In this document: piece by piece, positions 50,155 to 58,594 of the stretch
Numbering within the stretch: position 1 is the stretch's first letter
How the letters are laid out: each line of letters begins with the position of its first letter
Virus record (IMG/VR): IMGVR_UViG_3300047562_004403
Coordinates: 1-64,000 of that record
Length of the DNA: 64,000 bases
Source of the DNA: a virus
Strand: one strand, 5' to 3'
Made by a program: the position numbers and the translations under genes
Notes under the pieces: generated by a model
What the model saw: only the letters and a program-made list of their open reading frames with translations
Databases searched by the model: none
What the model was told of the DNA's origin: nothing

Positions 50155-50892
50155 GTGTCCAATCTCCTACTCATATCTGATGTTCACTCTAGAGACGATG
50201 CGCTCTTCCGCCTAATCGATAAACTCTCTAAGCCAATCAATTCAGGAGCACATATCGTATTTCTCGGGGACTTGTCAGATTGTAGAGATAAATTATATAG
50301 GCCTCAATGTTCTTTTCTTAAAGTATATAATTTGGTAAGACAACTTTGCGATGAAGGGTATGCCACTCTTCTTCACTCAAACCATGGTCAAAATTTAACA
50401 GATTACTTTTTAAATCGTCGAGACGTTCGTAAAAATATTGTAGGATTTAAAGATACAATTAATGAAATCGAGACTCTGGACAAACCTATTCAGAACGAAA
50501 TGATTCTGTGGTTGGATTCAAGACCTCTTATATACACTTATAATTCCGAAAGCGGAAAAACATATAAAATAGCCCACGCTTTTTATCAAAAAGATATTGA
50601 AGCAAAATACTCCGAAGGAGGTATTACTCCGGAGGAGTTAGATTTTACGCTAAGAGGAAGAAAATCGTCCTGGTTTTGGAAAGGACGCAAAATAACTAAA
50701 CGAACAGGATTCTGGAGAAATCCGGATCGTTGGGGAGCCAACGGATCAGACGTTCTCTGCTCGGGGCATTGGGCCACAACATTAGTCGAATCTAACTGCG
50801 TGGTTAATGATCCTGGCGGAGATGCTACTGACGGAACTCTAGGAGTTTTTGATTGTAATAATCACAACTTAACTATTTACGAAAATAAATGA
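50155..50892 (+). CDS. calcineurin-like metallophosphoesterase
   Basis: ISDVH, GDLSD, SNHG, AHA and SGHW motifs. Confidence 0.75.
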   Translation: MSNLLLISDVHSRDDALFRLIDKLSKPINSGAHIVFLGDLSDCRDKLYRPQCSFLKVYNLVRQLCDEGYATLLHSNHGQNLTDYFLNRRDVRKNIVGFKDTINEIETLDKPIQNEMILWLDSRPLIYTYNSESGKTYKIAHAFYQKDIEAKYSEGGITPEELDFTLRGRKSSWFWKGRKITKRTGFWRNPDRWGANGSDVLCSGHWATTLVESNCVVNDPGGDATDGTLGVFDCNNHNLTIYENK

Positions 50893-51896
50893 CTAGCATT
50901 CTTGACCATAATAAGATGGTCTTTAAAAAAGACAATGGATTTGATTTTCCAGAATTTTATGATTATTATGAACGTACTGTAGCTAGCGTATGGCGGCACC
51001 AAGAGGTGGCAATGGAGGGAGATCTTAGAGATTGGCAATTCAACTCAACACCGGACGAAAGAGCCGTTATAGCCGGCATTTTAAAGGGCTTTGTAAGCGC
51101 TGAGTTGGGAATTGGTTGTTACTGGGCCGATGAGGTTTGTCGCATTTTCCCCAAGCCTGAGATCCAGGCAATGGCCCGTGCCTTCTCATTCTTTGAGACA
51201 ATTCACGCTGCTGCCTACTCCTATCTTAATGATGTTCTTGGCCTTAAGGAATACGAGGAGTTCATCAACGATCCTGTTGCCTGTTCCAAGATCGATACTT
51301 TTTTTCAAAAATACCCAGACAAAGTTTCTCTCGCCGTGTTCTCAGGAGCCGGAGAGGGCGTATCACTATTTAGCTCATTCGCTGTATTACTAAGTTTTAA
51401 CAAAGATGGACGTTACAAGGGCCTCGCGCAGATCATCTCGTGGTCGGCGATTGACGAGCAGACGCACTCGGAAGCAGGGTGTAAGTTATTCCGCGAACTT
51501 ATCAACGAGACTGGAATCAGTAAAGAGGAGGAAGAAGCGATCTATGAGGGCTTCCGTCTTGTGGTGGGCAAAGAGTTCGCTTTTATTGACCACATTTTTA
51601 ATGTTGCATATATTGGCTCGATTAACGCTGATGAGTTGAAAGCTTACATAATGAATCGTGCCAATGAACGACTTCTTACGCTTGGATTGCAACAAATCTT
51701 CCACCTATCTACTGAAGAGCTTTCAAAGGCAAAAACTATTAGCGCTTGGTTTGAGCCTATGATTAAAGGGGCTAGTAATTCTGATTTCTTTGCTCAAAGT
51801 AAATCTGGTGATAATTACGTAGCTAAACCTTCTCAGGATTATATGAGCGTAGATCTTACAAGCATAGATCTAGAAAAATGTCTTTCTTATACATAA
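50889..51896 (+). CDS. nrdB: ribonucleotide reductase class I beta subunit
   Basis: W..QEV.M..D..DW, ETIHAAAY, GEGVSLFSSF, DEQTH, DFFA. Confidence 0.92.
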   Translation: MTSILDHNKMVFKKDNGFDFPEFYDYYERTVASVWRHQEVAMEGDLRDWQFNSTPDERAVIAGILKGFVSAELGIGCYWADEVCRIFPKPEIQAMARAFSFFETIHAAAYSYLNDVLGLKEYEEFINDPVACSKIDTFFQKYPDKVSLAVFSGAGEGVSLFSSFAVLLSFNKDGRYKGLAQIISWSAIDEQTHSEAGCKLFRELINETGISKEEEEAIYEGFRLVVGKEFAFIDHIFNVAYIGSINADELKAYIMNRANERLLTLGLQQIFHLSTEELSKAKTISAWFEPMIKGASNSDFFAQSKSGDNYVAKPSQDYMSVDLTSIDLEKCLSYT

Positions 51897-51902
51897 AAAT
51901 TT

Positions 51903-52106
51903 ATGGCAATTCAACCTCATCCGGACAGAGTTGAAAAACTCATGGCAACTGACCACGGCACGGTGTGTTTAATTACAGATAACCGAGCCGATTTATACAT
52001 AAAAAAATCTAAAGAAAAACTTAATAAACCCCCGGCAAATAGGCTTTCGAGGCCATGCGGCGGAAAGGGAGGATTTGACGATTATGTCGAGCGATGGTAT
52101 GGATGA
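51903..52106 (+). CDS. small hypothetical protein
   Basis: 67-aa ORF filling the gap after nrdB. Confidence 0.5.
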   Translation: MAIQPHPDRVEKLMATDHGTVCLITDNRADLYIKKSKEKLNKPPANRLSRPCGGKGGFDDYVERWYG

Positions 52107-52509
52107 TTTTGTAAAACCTGAGGGTTGGAAAGTTAAAGGTCGGGATCAGGGCGGCAGAAACTATTCCGACTCCGGAGAGCAATGGAAGCAATGGAAAGAT
52201 TCCCCATACGAAGTAAGTAGTAGTGGTAAAGTTCGTCGTAAAGGCGATGCCGAACACCGTAAACCTCGCGATGATGATCGTAAACACCAACGTGTTAATC
52301 TTACTTGGAATGGTAAGCGAGAAGAACCGCCTTTACATCAAATGGTGATGGAATTATTTGGCCCACCTAGGCCCAAAGGGAAACATATTGTTATCCTTCA
52401 CAAGGATAATGATGGTACAAATAATGCAATTTCTAATCTGAAATGGGGAACTAGATCTGAGAACGTACAACAAGCCCATGACGATGGCTTAATTAAAAAT
52501 AAAAAGTAA
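52099..52509 (+). CDS. NUMOD4-HNH endonuclease
   Basis: EQWK...YEVSSSGKVR (NUMOD4); LHQMVMELF...ILHKDNDGTNNAISNLKWGTRSEN (HNH_3). Confidence 0.85.
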   Translation: MDDFVKPEGWKVKGRDQGGRNYSDSGEQWKQWKDSPYEVSSSGKVRRKGDAEHRKPRDDDRKHQRVNLTWNGKREEPPLHQMVMELFGPPRPKGKHIVILHKDNDGTNNAISNLKWGTRSENVQQAHDDGLIKNKK

Positions 52510-52562
52510 TCGCGTAGTTGTTAGTAGATTAGTTACTAACTAACAACTATGCTACTTTATTT

Positions 52563-52571
52563 TGTTATAAT
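52563..52571 (+). promoter_or_regulatory. sigma70-type extended -10 promoter (TGtTATAAT) for nrdA
   Basis: Located 21 nt upstream of ATG 52593. Confidence 0.55.
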
Positions 52572-52592
52572 ATAGAACCAATTAAAATTACT

Positions 52593-54506
52593 ATGTCCGA
52601 ACCCCAAGTCCCCTCGTGGATGTCAAAAGAAGCCATCGATACCCTATCGAGAGGATATCTATATCAGGGTGAGACGCCCAGAGGTATGTATGAAAGGGTG
52701 GCTAATCAAGCCGCTAAATTACTCAATTACCCCGAGCTCTCAGAAGATATTTTTGAAGTACTATGGAGGGGATTTCTTGGCTTAGCAACTCCCGTGGCGA
52801 GTAACTTTGGCACTTCGAGGGGGCTCCCCATCAGTTGCTACTCTAATCACGTCTCTGATTCCGTACCCTCTATCTACTCCCACCTGAAGGAGTCAGCAGC
52901 TCTCTCCCAGCATGGTGGCGGAGTGGGTACCTACTTTGGAGACATTCGTCCCGCTGGGGCTCCTATCTCATCAGGGGGAAAGAGTACAGGTATAGTGCCC
53001 TGGATGCGGCAATATGATCAATGCGCGGCCGTTGTCTCCCAGGGTGGAGTAAGACGCGGTAGTTTCGCTCTATACCTACCCATTGACCATCCTGATTTGC
53101 CTGAAGTACTTCGTGCTAAAGACCATTCACAAGGCGATCCACGCGACTTTATTGATAGCAACGTGGCCGTAACAGTAACTGATGAGTGGGTAAAAGAATT
53201 GCTCGCGGGCGATAGAGACAAACAAAAACTCTTTGGCGAGGTACTTAAAGCCCGCCTTGTGTCAGGGTCTCCTTACATCATCTTTATTGACAATGCCAAC
53301 AAGGCCAATCCAGATTGCTACACACAACGTGGCTTAAGTGTTAAACTATCAAATTTGTGTAGCGAAATTTTTCTCCATACTGATGAAAACCATACTTTTG
53401 TATGTGTTTTATCCTCGCTAAATCTTTCTCGATGGGATGAATGGAAAAATTGGACCGCTCCTGTAACAGGCAAAACTGTCCCTGAGTTGGCTGTGTATCT
53501 CCTTGACGCGGTTGTAGAAGAGTTTTGCCATAAGGCCGAACGTCTTACTTCCTTGGGTAGGGCTGTAAGATTCGCTCGCAAATCTAGGGCTTTAGGCCTG
53601 GGTACTATGGGTCTTCATGCTCTTTACCAATCTAAAAATTTGCCCTTCTCATCCGAAGGAGCTCGCGATCTAAACATTGAAGTACATAAATTTATCAAAG
53701 AGAAAGCGCAAAAGGCTTCTCGTGAGATGGCTATTGCCTATGGCGAGCCAGAATGGTGCCAAGGCACCGGCCTCCGTCATACCCATCTCATGGCAATTGC
53801 CCCAACCAAATCTAATTCCGTGATCTGTGGTGCCGGGAGCGAGGGAATTGAGCCTATTGACGCCAACTATTACGTAGCCAAGCAAGCTAAGGGGACATTT
53901 GTTCGTAAGAATAAATACCTAGTAGAACACTTGGAGCGCATCGGACGTAACACCGAAGAGACCTGGGAATCTATTCTAGAGTTTCGTGGATCAGTGCAAC
54001 ATCTAGATTTCCTTGATGCCCACTCTAAAGAGGTATTTAAAACTGCACGTGAAATTGACCAATTTGAGTTGATCCGTCAAGCCTCAGATCGACAAAAGTA
54101 TGTTTGCCAAGGTCAATCTATCAATCTCTTTGTCGATCCCGAATCTACACCTGAGTATCTTTTCAAGCTTCATTTAAGTGCCTGGAAAGGAGGACTTAAA
54201 TCTCTCTATTATTTGAAGAGTTCATCTTTGCTTATTAAGAAAAAACCATCAGGGCAACAAAAAATTGCCAAAATTATCACCAAACAAGAATGCCCTTATT
54301 GCTCCATGGCTAAGTCACTTCTCCGTAGTCAGGGTTGGACAATTAACGAAGTAGATCGGATGAATGTTCCCGATTCTGAATGGCATTGGAAAACCGTTCC
54401 GCAGATTTGGCTCAATGGTCAGCATGTTGGTGGTTATACCGACTTGGCAGAAAAACTCGGTCATAGGGAAAAATCTTATGGTGAATGTGTGGCCTGTGAG
54501 GGTTAA
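52593..54506 (+). CDS. nrdA: ribonucleotide reductase class I alpha subunit, without ATP cone, with an internal glutaredoxin domain
   Basis: LPISCY, GGGVG, NLCSEI, MAIAPT, KSLYY; then CPYC...TVPQIW...VGGYTDL; terminal CVACEG. Confidence 0.92.
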   Translation: MSEPQVPSWMSKEAIDTLSRGYLYQGETPRGMYERVANQAAKLLNYPELSEDIFEVLWRGFLGLATPVASNFGTSRGLPISCYSNHVSDSVPSIYSHLKESAALSQHGGGVGTYFGDIRPAGAPISSGGKSTGIVPWMRQYDQCAAVVSQGGVRRGSFALYLPIDHPDLPEVLRAKDHSQGDPRDFIDSNVAVTVTDEWVKELLAGDRDKQKLFGEVLKARLVSGSPYIIFIDNANKANPDCYTQRGLSVKLSNLCSEIFLHTDENHTFVCVLSSLNLSRWDEWKNWTAPVTGKTVPELAVYLLDAVVEEFCHKAERLTSLGRAVRFARKSRALGLGTMGLHALYQSKNLPFSSEGARDLNIEVHKFIKEKAQKASREMAIAYGEPEWCQGTGLRHTHLMAIAPTKSNSVICGAGSEGIEPIDANYYVAKQAKGTFVRKNKYLVEHLERIGRNTEETWESILEFRGSVQHLDFLDAHSKEVFKTAREIDQFELIRQASDRQKYVCQGQSINLFVDPESTPEYLFKLHLSAWKGGLKSLYYLKSSSLLIKKKPSGQQKIAKIITKQECPYCSMAKSLLRSQGWTINEVDRMNVPDSEWHWKTVPQIWLNGQHVGGYTDLAEKLGHREKSYGECVACEG

Positions 54507-54509
54507 TTT

Positions 54510-55076
54510 ATGAAAACTTATACCCATCATAAGATTCCACAAAGCAGAGGAGGGGGCGATGAAGATTGGAATTTAATACAACTTAATGCTTATGAGCATG
54601 CATATGAACATGCTTTGGATTTCGTTCTTTTTGATTCTTCTCCATCATTTGATTGTAGACAACCAGGTTGGAAATTACTTCCAAAGGATCTACAAAAAGC
54701 CGTAAAAGCTGAGATTTCTAATCGCATGAAAGGAAACACATACGCTAAAGGACATGGAGAATCAAAGCGTGGAAATAAAAATGGAATGTGGGGAAAAAGA
54801 GGAGCACTTCATCCTGGTTATGGTAGAGTAAGACCAGAAGAAGAACGTAAAAGGATTTCTAAAGCTAATAAAGGAAAATCAAAACCCCCAGAACACCGTC
54901 AAAAGATTTCAAAAGCTCTTTTAGGAAAAAAGAAGAGTGAAGAGTTTAAAATTAAAAGATCCAGAGACGCAACTGGTCGATTTTGGGTGACAGATCCTGA
55001 TGGATGTGGTAGAATGTTAAAAAGAGGAACTCCTCTACCTCCTGGATACGTTCTCGGAAGACCTAAATTGTATTAA
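54510..55076 (+). CDS. free-standing HNH homing endonuclease with NUMOD3 repeats
   Basis: HHKIPQSRGGGDEDWNLIQL...EH..EH; EERKRISKANKGK and EHRQKISKALLGK repeats. Confidence 0.8.
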   Translation: MKTYTHHKIPQSRGGGDEDWNLIQLNAYEHAYEHALDFVLFDSSPSFDCRQPGWKLLPKDLQKAVKAEISNRMKGNTYAKGHGESKRGNKNGMWGKRGALHPGYGRVRPEEERKRISKANKGKSKPPEHRQKISKALLGKKKSEEFKIKRSRDATGRFWVTDPDGCGRMLKRGTPLPPGYVLGRPKLY

Positions 55077-55088
55077 TTTTTTTTAATC

Positions 55089-55571
55089 ATGGATCTTGTT
55101 AAGTTTATCAATGAGGGATTTAATGCCCAACAAAAGTATGCAAATAAAGTAGGAGAACTTGGCCCTAATGATTTGGCTGAGATTGATAAAATGGTAGCCC
55201 TAGGACTTCCCCAGCATGACGCTCTTCCTTTTCGTTATGCCAAAATGATTGAACATTTCGGCCACCTTATAGAGGAATCTATTGAGGCCCGGGTGTATGT
55301 CCCGCGCCGGAGTTGGAAGAATGGTGAGCGTAGTTTCATGGATAGCGATGAACTTCGCCGAGAGTTTATTGCTGAAATGTACGATATTCTTTTATTTTTT
55401 CGTGCTATTCTGGCGTATGCCGGGGTCAGTGGTGAGGAGTTTGCTCAGATCGCCGCTGAAAAACAGGCCTATAATCAAGTAAGACCAGATCATAACGTAA
55501 ATGGAACTGCCTCAGTTATTGCCAATCCATCAGAAGAACTCCAAGGTTTTTGTGAATCTGCTTCGTTTTAA
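55089..55571 (+). CDS. all-alpha dNTP pyrophosphohydrolase (dimeric dUTPase / dCTPase gp56-like / MazG superfamily)
   Basis: EESIEA...SWK...EFIAEMYDILLF...EK..YN..R motif set. Confidence 0.7.
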   Translation: MDLVKFINEGFNAQQKYANKVGELGPNDLAEIDKMVALGLPQHDALPFRYAKMIEHFGHLIEESIEARVYVPRRSWKNGERSFMDSDELRREFIAEMYDILLFFRAILAYAGVSGEEFAQIAAEKQAYNQVRPDHNVNGTASVIANPSEELQGFCESASF

Positions 55572-55582
55572 TTGAATTTATA

Positions 55583-55762
55583 ATGCTTATTCCTCGTCAG
55601 CGACTTATTCAGAGCATAGATCTATGTTTTTGTGATGCATGCGATGGTAGAGGATTTCTTATTCTTGAAAAAAATTCGCCGGATGGGCGTATATTACCCA
55701 ATGAAATAAAGGAGTGTGAAGTTTGCGATGGTACCGGAAAACATAAAAACAATCAGACCTAA
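55583..55762 (+). CDS. 59-aa zinc-finger protein with two DnaJ-type CxxCxGxG motifs
   Basis: Manual translation: MLIPRQRLIQSIDLCFCDACDGRGFLILEKNSPDGRILPNEIKECEVCDGTGKHKNNQT. Confidence 0.65.
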   Translation: MLIPRQRLIQSIDLCFCDACDGRGFLILEKNSPDGRILPNEIKECEVCDGTGKHKNNQT

Positions 55763-56213
55763 TACACAAGTATTAGTTCTTAACGCATCCTATGAACCTC
55801 TTCACATCACAAGCTGGAAAAGAGCTATTATTCTACTTTTAAAGGAAAAAGCTGCTATAATCTCAGCAAAAGTTATCCGACTCGTGGAATATATAAGAAT
55901 TCCTTATATTAAAATCAACTCTGTTAAGCCATCGCGCAATTTAATTTATAAAAGAGACGGGCACAAATGTCAATATTGTGGTTCGACAAGGCGTTTAACA
56001 ATTGATCATATAATTCCAAAAAGTCGCGGAGGACAAGATACTTGGGACAATATGGTCGTAGCATGTTCCTCATGCAATATAAAAAAGGGAGATACATTGC
56101 TCGAGCAGACAGGAATGAGATTAATTAAAAAACCTTTTACCCCTACCAATAAATTTCTTTTGAATCTTATTGATTCAGAGTCCGCGGAATGGACTCAATA
56201 TGCTATAGGTTAA
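55716..56213 (+). CDS. HNH endonuclease (McrA/HNH_5-like, cyanobacterial type)
   Basis: VLVLNASYEPL, RDGHKCQYCG, LTIDHIIPKSRGG, VACSSCNIKKG. Confidence 0.88.
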   Translation: MKFAMVPENIKTIRPNTQVLVLNASYEPLHITSWKRAIILLLKEKAAIISAKVIRLVEYIRIPYIKINSVKPSRNLIYKRDGHKCQYCGSTRRLTIDHIIPKSRGGQDTWDNMVVACSSCNIKKGDTLLEQTGMRLIKKPFTPTNKFLLNLIDSESAEWTQYAIG

Positions 56214-56215
56214 AG
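56208..56215 (+). promoter_or_regulatory. late-promoter variant GGTTAAAG ahead of the riboswitch
   Basis: Ends 9 nt before the first aptamer. Confidence 0.5.
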
Positions 56216-56224
56216 AGTTAATAG

Positions 56225-56322
56225 ATCGTTCATCGAGACTTAGTCTCGACGGAAGTAAGCCGACTCGGAACGGATCGTTCAGCCACAATTAATCTGGCCG
56301 CAAAAGCCGACTGAAGGAACGC
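56225..56322 (+). ncRNA. tandem glnA-type glutamine riboswitch (two aptamers)
   Basis: Aptamer 1: ATCGTTCA-TCGAGAC..GTCTCGA-CGGAAGTAAG...GGAACG (56225-56272). Aptamer 2: ATCGTTCA-GCCA..TGGC-CGCAAAAGCCGACTGAAGGAACGC (56274-56322). CGTTC/GAACG form P1; both lie upstream of a DUF4278 gene. Confidence 0.85.
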
Positions 56323-56355
56323 ACCAATACCATAATAAGTAATGGAGCAAACCTA

Positions 56356-56508
56356 ATGTCTAAACTAATTTACAGAGGCGTAGCCTACGACCCTCAAGAT
56401 CGTTTCTTTCAAAATCAAGAGCAAATTCAACAACAAGCCCAGCAATTACCACCTCATACTAAAGTATATAGAGGAGTAAAAGTTGTTGAGGAAAATAAAA
56501 ATGAATAA
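56356..56508 (+). CDS. DUF4278-family small protein
   Basis: MSKLIYRGVAYD...KVYRGVK; GGAG ribosome-binding site at 56344. Confidence 0.8.
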   Translation: MSKLIYRGVAYDPQDRFFQNQEQIQQQAQQLPPHTKVYRGVKVVEENKNE

Positions 56509-56617
56509 ATCTATTAACGTTCTTCAGTTAATAAAAGAAAAAAAGCAAAAAGAAGAGCGTCGTAATAAAGCCTCCCTGGCACAAATAACAGGGAAGTTCA
56601 ATGAACAACCAATATAA
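56501..56617 (+). CDS. 38-aa basic helical peptide
   Basis: MNKSINVLQLIKEKKQKEERRNKASLAQITGKFNEQPI; start overlaps the upstream stop. Confidence 0.55.
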   Translation: MNKSINVLQLIKEKKQKEERRNKASLAQITGKFNEQPI

Positions 56618-56759
56618 ATATCATTTTGATGATATGGATAAAGATAGTAGGCCTCCTGCTTGCTATCTTTTGAGGTACCGAGGATGTGTATATTGGTCTT
56701 GCTATAGAATACAACTCAAAGAATGGTTTGAAAAAATATTGTGTATAGAAATCGATTAA
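56601..56759 (+). CDS. 52-aa peptide with a YRG motif
   Basis: MNNQYKYHFDDMDKDSRPPACYLLRYRGCVYWSCYRIQLKEWFEKILCIEID; followed by a terminator. Confidence 0.6.
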   Translation: MNNQYKYHFDDMDKDSRPPACYLLRYRGCVYWSCYRIQLKEWFEKILCIEID

Positions 56760-56765
56760 AGTTCG

Positions 56766-56797
56766 AAAGAGAGGAGTAAGTGCCTCTCTTTTTTTTT
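56766..56797 (+). terminator. intrinsic terminator
   Basis: AAAGAGAGG-agtaagtg-CCTCTCTTT followed by a long T run. Confidence 0.75.
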
Positions 56798-56810
56798 GCC
56801 ACGCGCAACA

Positions 56811-57353
56811 ATGACTTTTTATTTTTCCTTTAGTAAAGAAAAAGTATTTGAGATATTCTGGAAATTTTTTAGACTTTTTATAGATCCTGTTCTAGACTTT
56901 TTAAATTCTAAAATTTTAAAAAAATATGGATTTAAAAACTTACAGGTTGTTTTTGATGAGCTGGATATTTTTTGGTTAAGAAATGGTCCTCATAAAAACT
57001 ATTCCGAGTCTCAAGTAAGATTGATTATCTCGATGTTTCTTAAGGCAGCAGAAGATGAGCACATAACCCGGAAAGAACTTATTGCCTTAGTGGATTATGT
57101 TCAAAGAAAATGGACAAAATCTGAAGCTTTAAACAAAGTGCTTATAGCCACGGATGAAGTCATTGAGGCTCGTGTAGAAGCCACTATAGATCAAGCCGTT
57201 GAGCTTTATGAGAAGACCTACGAGGAAAAACCACAAACCCCTGAGGAGTTTATCGCGAATACTGCAGAAATCATCTTCCATGAGCCGGATGGGAGCGAGG
57301 CTCAGGCGCTCCTTGGTGGAATGATGCAAATTCGCAACAAACTAATCCATTAG
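56811..57353 (+). CDS. hypothetical protein
   Basis: Helical ORF converging on the MTase gene. Confidence 0.55.
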   Translation: MTFYFSFSKEKVFEIFWKFFRLFIDPVLDFLNSKILKKYGFKNLQVVFDELDIFWLRNGPHKNYSESQVRLIISMFLKAAEDEHITRKELIALVDYVQRKWTKSEALNKVLIATDEVIEARVEATIDQAVELYEKTYEEKPQTPEEFIANTAEIIFHEPDGSEAQALLGGMMQIRNKLIH

Positions 57354-57357
57354 ATTT

Positions 57358-58572
57358 TTATAACGCCCAGACTGGTTCCATAGGGGCTTTAGTGGCCGTG
57401 TTATTTTGGCGAAGAATCTTATAACTCCCATCTTGCTTGGTCTCCGGATCAATCCATTCACGATTGCCCTCTAAAGCTTCAATGATCTCACCCACCCAAT
57501 CTGCAGCAGTTGTGCATGGGACGTTCTGACAGATGACATTACTGTGCTTAGTTGGAATATGGACTTTGGTGGCGTAGTCCGGTGGAAAGCCCATCAGTGC
57601 TAGGCCTTCAGCCACTGTAAGCCAACGATCCTCATAGGGATGCATAAGCATCGGAAGACTCTTCCACATAAGCGCCTGTGTGCGTACCCATGCAAGTTTC
57701 ATGCTTCCGTCCATGATATTTTTTCCGGCACGTTTTTTCTCTAAAGTATAATTAAGCCAACGATTTATCCTCTCATCCCTTACGACTCTGCAGGCCTCCT
57801 CAAGCCAACCGGAGTCATAGATCACATTCCATACACTTACCATGCGCTTAGATGCTACATGGGCGAGAATGTCTTGTTTTGTAGAGCCGGTGTATTTGGA
57901 TTCAATAAATTGCCATAAAGGATCGGAGGAAGGAATGGGTTTATTACTCACGGATTCCGATGGGGCAAAATCACCTTTCTTGAGGAACTGATGGAAAGGC
58001 GTATATGGTTTTTTAATCGGCTTGAGTACGGGGACTTTGCTACCTTGCCACAAGAAAAAGAAACTCCGTGTCCGTTCTTGCGGGATTCCATGGTTAAGAG
58101 ACGTGGTTTTCACCAGACTCATAGTATAACCATGGCGCTGAGCAAGATTATTGATTCGCTCAGCAAATTCTTCCCCCATTTTAGAATATAGAGCCGGAGC
58201 ATTCTCTACAATCATGGCCTTAGGCTTAATTTTGGACATGGCAAACTCAGACCCATTGAGCATGTGCATATTGCTTGGAGCGCTACATCCTCGGGGATTA
58301 TTTACTTTGTCTCCGGACGTGGTATTTCCCATGCTTAATCCTGCGCAGGGCGGAAGACAAGTTACAATATCTACATGCTGAGTAGGATATTGCCCTTCAT
58401 CCAACTCGTAATATGGAACTTTGTCAAAGTACTTCAGGCAATACTGATCATTGGCTCCAAAAGTACTCCCCCAAGATGCAATCCACTCAGGATTTCTATT
58501 TAATGCTCTAGTGGCTCCAAGAACGCTACCCCCAACAAGAGGGATGACATGGCCATGGGTATATTTTGACAT
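57358..58572 (-). CDS. DNA cytosine-C5 methyltransferase-like protein with atypical SAM-binding motifs
   Basis: Motif IV PPCAGLS, VI VENAP, VIII GIPQERTRSFF, IX RWLTVAEGLALMGFP; motif I reads IPLVGG and motif X reads CQNVP. Confidence 0.8.
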   Translation of the reverse strand: MSKYTHGHVIPLVGGSVLGATRALNRNPEWIASWGSTFGANDQYCLKYFDKVPYYELDEGQYPTQHVDIVTCLPPCAGLSMGNTTSGDKVNNPRGCSAPSNMHMLNGSEFAMSKIKPKAMIVENAPALYSKMGEEFAERINNLAQRHGYTMSLVKTTSLNHGIPQERTRSFFFLWQGSKVPVLKPIKKPYTPFHQFLKKGDFAPSESVSNKPIPSSDPLWQFIESKYTGSTKQDILAHVASKRMVSVWNVIYDSGWLEEACRVVRDERINRWLNYTLEKKRAGKNIMDGSMKLAWVRTQALMWKSLPMLMHPYEDRWLTVAEGLALMGFPPDYATKVHIPTKHSNVICQNVPCTTAADWVGEIIEALEGNREWIDPETKQDGSYKILRQNNTATKAPMEPVWAL

Positions 58573-58594
58573 GGTATAATTACTTTATGGAGGT

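Noticed and set aside
50889-55076. Group I intron or intein in nrdA or nrdB associated with the HNH genes
   Set aside because: Both RNR frames are continuous with all motifs present, the HNH genes are free-standing, and no intein splice motifs were seen.
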